Shown here piece after piece: positions 61,802 through 64,000 of a DNA stretch of 64,000 bases. This DNA is from Octopus bimaculoides (taxonomy: Eukaryota), in the NCBI RefSeq assembly GCF_001194135.2, contig NC_068984.1, positions 99,910,023 to 99,974,022 of the forward strand. The letters are read 5' to 3'. The notes under the pieces were generated by a model. The model saw only the letters and a program-made list of their open reading frames with translations. It did not search any database and was not told where the DNA came from. How positions within the stretch are numbered: the stretch's first letter is position 1; each line of letters opens with the position of its first letter. A program made the translations under genes and the position numbers.

Positions 61802-63589
61802 GCTATAATGTATCTATAACCAAGCATACATTTAATGCATATGTTTGAGTGTGTCTGAACTTGCATGTTTGTATGTATGTGCATGCATGTTTGTATATAT
61901 ACTCATATCTACTTGCTTGCATCTGTTTGCATTTGCGCATGAGAGAGAGAGAGAGAGAGACTTTGGGTTTGCATATCTATGTGTATGGGTAAGCACATGT
62001 ATATGCATACCTGTATGCATGTGTGTATGAGTGTATGTGTATGTGTGTATGTGCATGTGTGTGTGTGTGTGTGTGTGTGGTTGTGTATTCTAGCAACAGA
62101 AGGAGTGAAGAACATGAAGAAAATATGAATAAAAGGCAGAAGTAGGAGTGAAGGAGAAAGCAGAGAAGAAAAGGAATGAGGAAGGAAGGGTGGGGGGAAG
62201 AGATAGGATTTAAAGTCGTAAAGATTTAGAGAGAGAGGAGAGACGGTGAGAAGAGTTCTGCAACAGGAAGATCGGTGAGGNNNNNNNNNNNNNNNNNNNN
62301 NNNNNNNNNNNNNNNNNNNNNNNNNNNNNNNNNNNNNNNNNNNNNNNNNNNNNNNNNNNNNNNNNNNNNNNNNNNNNNNNNNNNNNNNNNNNNNNNNNNN
62401 NNNNNNNNNNNNNNNNNNNNNNNNNNNNNNNNNNNNNNNNNNNNNNNNNNNNNNNNNNNNNNNNNNNNNNNNNNNNNNNNNNNNNNNNNNNNNNNNNNNN
62501 NNNNNNNNNNNNNNNNNNNNNNNNNNNNNNNNNNNNNNNNNNNNNNNNNNNNNNNNNNNNNNNNNNNNNNNNNNNNNNNNNNNNNNNNNNNNNNNNNNNN
62601 NNNNNNNNNNNNNNNNNNNNNNNNNNNNNNNNNNNNNNNNNNNNNNNNNNNNNNNNNNNNNNNNNNNNNNGAGTGGAAAGGATGATAATTGAAGCAGGGG
62701 TGGGGGGGGGTACCCCTGCAGGGACAACAGCTGCTTACACTGCTGATGCCGTTGTTGCTGCAGCTACTGCTTCTGTTGCTGCGGCTGCTGCATTTAGCCG
62801 GAGCTGCTTCTGTCACTGGTGTTCACCTGTATGTTTACTAATGTGTCATAGAGAGGGAGAGAAACAGACAGACAGACAGATACAGAGACAGACTATGACA
62901 CCTAGAGAGAGAAGGGAGGAGGGGGAGTGAGAGAGAGAGTGAGAGAGTATTAGGGAGAGGGAGAGAAAGATAGAGTGAGAGAAAGGGAGAGTGAGAGAAA
63001 GGGAGAGTGAGAGAGTGTGTATGTTTGTGTGTATGTAACAGAGTGACAGGCTCACCATATGTAAGGATGTCTATATTGGTACACAGTTTCTACATGCTTT
63101 CTCCAGGAATCTCTATCAATCATGGTAGGCAAAAACCATTCTACATACTATCAGCATACATTTTTGGCACACACTTCCACTTTGCTATATACACACCACC
63201 TAACCAAATAACACTCACTTATATACATACATACCTACATACATGCATGCATGCATGCATACATATATACACACACACACACACATATATATATATGNNN
63301 NNNNNNNNNNNNNNNNNNNNNNNNNNNNNNNNNNNNNNNNNNNNNNNNNNNNNNNNNNNNNNNNNNNNNNNNNNNNNNNNNNNNNNNNNNNNNNNNNNNN
63401 NNNNNNNNNNNNNNNNNNNNNNNNNNNNNNNNNNNNNNNNNNNNNNNNNNNNNNNNNNNNNNNNNNNNNNNNNNNNNNNNNNNNNNNNNNNNNNNNNNNN
63501 NNNNNNNNNNNNNNNNNNNNNNNNNNNNNNNNNNNNNNNNNNNNNNNNNNNNNNNNNNNNNNNNNNNNNNNNNNNNNNNNNNNNNNNNN

Positions 63590-63679
<90 letters not shown>

Positions 63680-64000
63680 CAAGAGAGAGAAAAGTGAGGT
63701 AGTTTTGAGACACAGAAAGAGATATACACAAGTACGAAACAAGTACAAATACAAAACAGGTTATGTGTATGACAAAGTTGATTTATATTCACTTAAAGCT
63801 GTTTTTTCTTTTTGATTGCTCACATATGCATATATACACTCACTTTGAGTGAGTGTATGTATTTCTATATCTGTATGCACAAACACACACGCACACAGAC
63901 ATATTTCCATATATACATAAACACATATATTGCACAAGTCACTCATAATATCACATATTATCAACTGGTTATAAAATTTAGTGAGTCCCAAACAGTCCTC

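Noticed and set aside
62673-62830. Ala/Gln/Ser-rich GC island that looks like a low-complexity coding exon
   Set aside because: It is a degenerate (GCA)n repeat; all three frames after the best minus-strand acceptor hit stops, and the flank is a gap.
31246-63815. Long ORFs of 130-457 aa spanning N runs (31.2-32.1, 48.9-50.3, 52.8-53.3, 56.7-57.2, 60.8-61.7, 61.9-62.8 and 63.0-63.8 kb)
   Set aside because: They are open only because N runs and (TA)n/(TG)n tracts contain no stop codons; the translations are X, YIYI and CVCV.
1-64000. CRISPR arrays, operons, prokaryotic defence systems, rRNA
   Set aside because: The sequence is eukaryotic and repeat-rich. The regularly spaced repeats present are degenerate minisatellites without unique spacers, and there is no cas-like or rRNA sequence.

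Overview
AT-rich, microsatellite-dense eukaryotic DNA containing about 3.4 kb of N gaps, most of them flanked by (TA)n or (TG)n runs. I infer a coleoid cephalopod, most likely Octopus, from the SINE families and repeat landscape; this is recalled similarity and was not checked against a database. No host protein-coding gene can be called with confidence, so the window reads as a large intron or intergenic interval packed with transposon remnants. Retroelements: an R4/Dong-like RLE LINE 3' end, a Jockey/L2-like RT, several RTE pieces, a Tx1/L1-like LINE that keeps ORF1 but lacks its endonuclease and 3' end, a CRE-like RLE fragment, a Penelope element (RT plus GIY-YIG), and at least four tRNA-derived SINE families in dozens of copies. 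DNA transposons: an IR/DR-type Tc1, two mariners, a Tc1-type MITE, a TTAA/piggyBac-type MITE family, a hAT end, and a 2.34 kb non-autonomous Helitron with both termini visible. Nearly all supplied ORFs are artefacts of microsatellites, gaps or antisense frames. The most interesting items are the terminus-complete Helitron, a 62-nt pre-miRNA-like hairpin, isolated candidate exons (one resembling half of an Ig domain), a SINE foldback palindrome, a SINE with a LINE-like tail and 16-bp TSD inside a mariner, and an inverted repeat with a hammerhead-like core. I found no convincing novel multi-gene system. Repeat boundaries were read by eye and are approximate unless termini are quoted.
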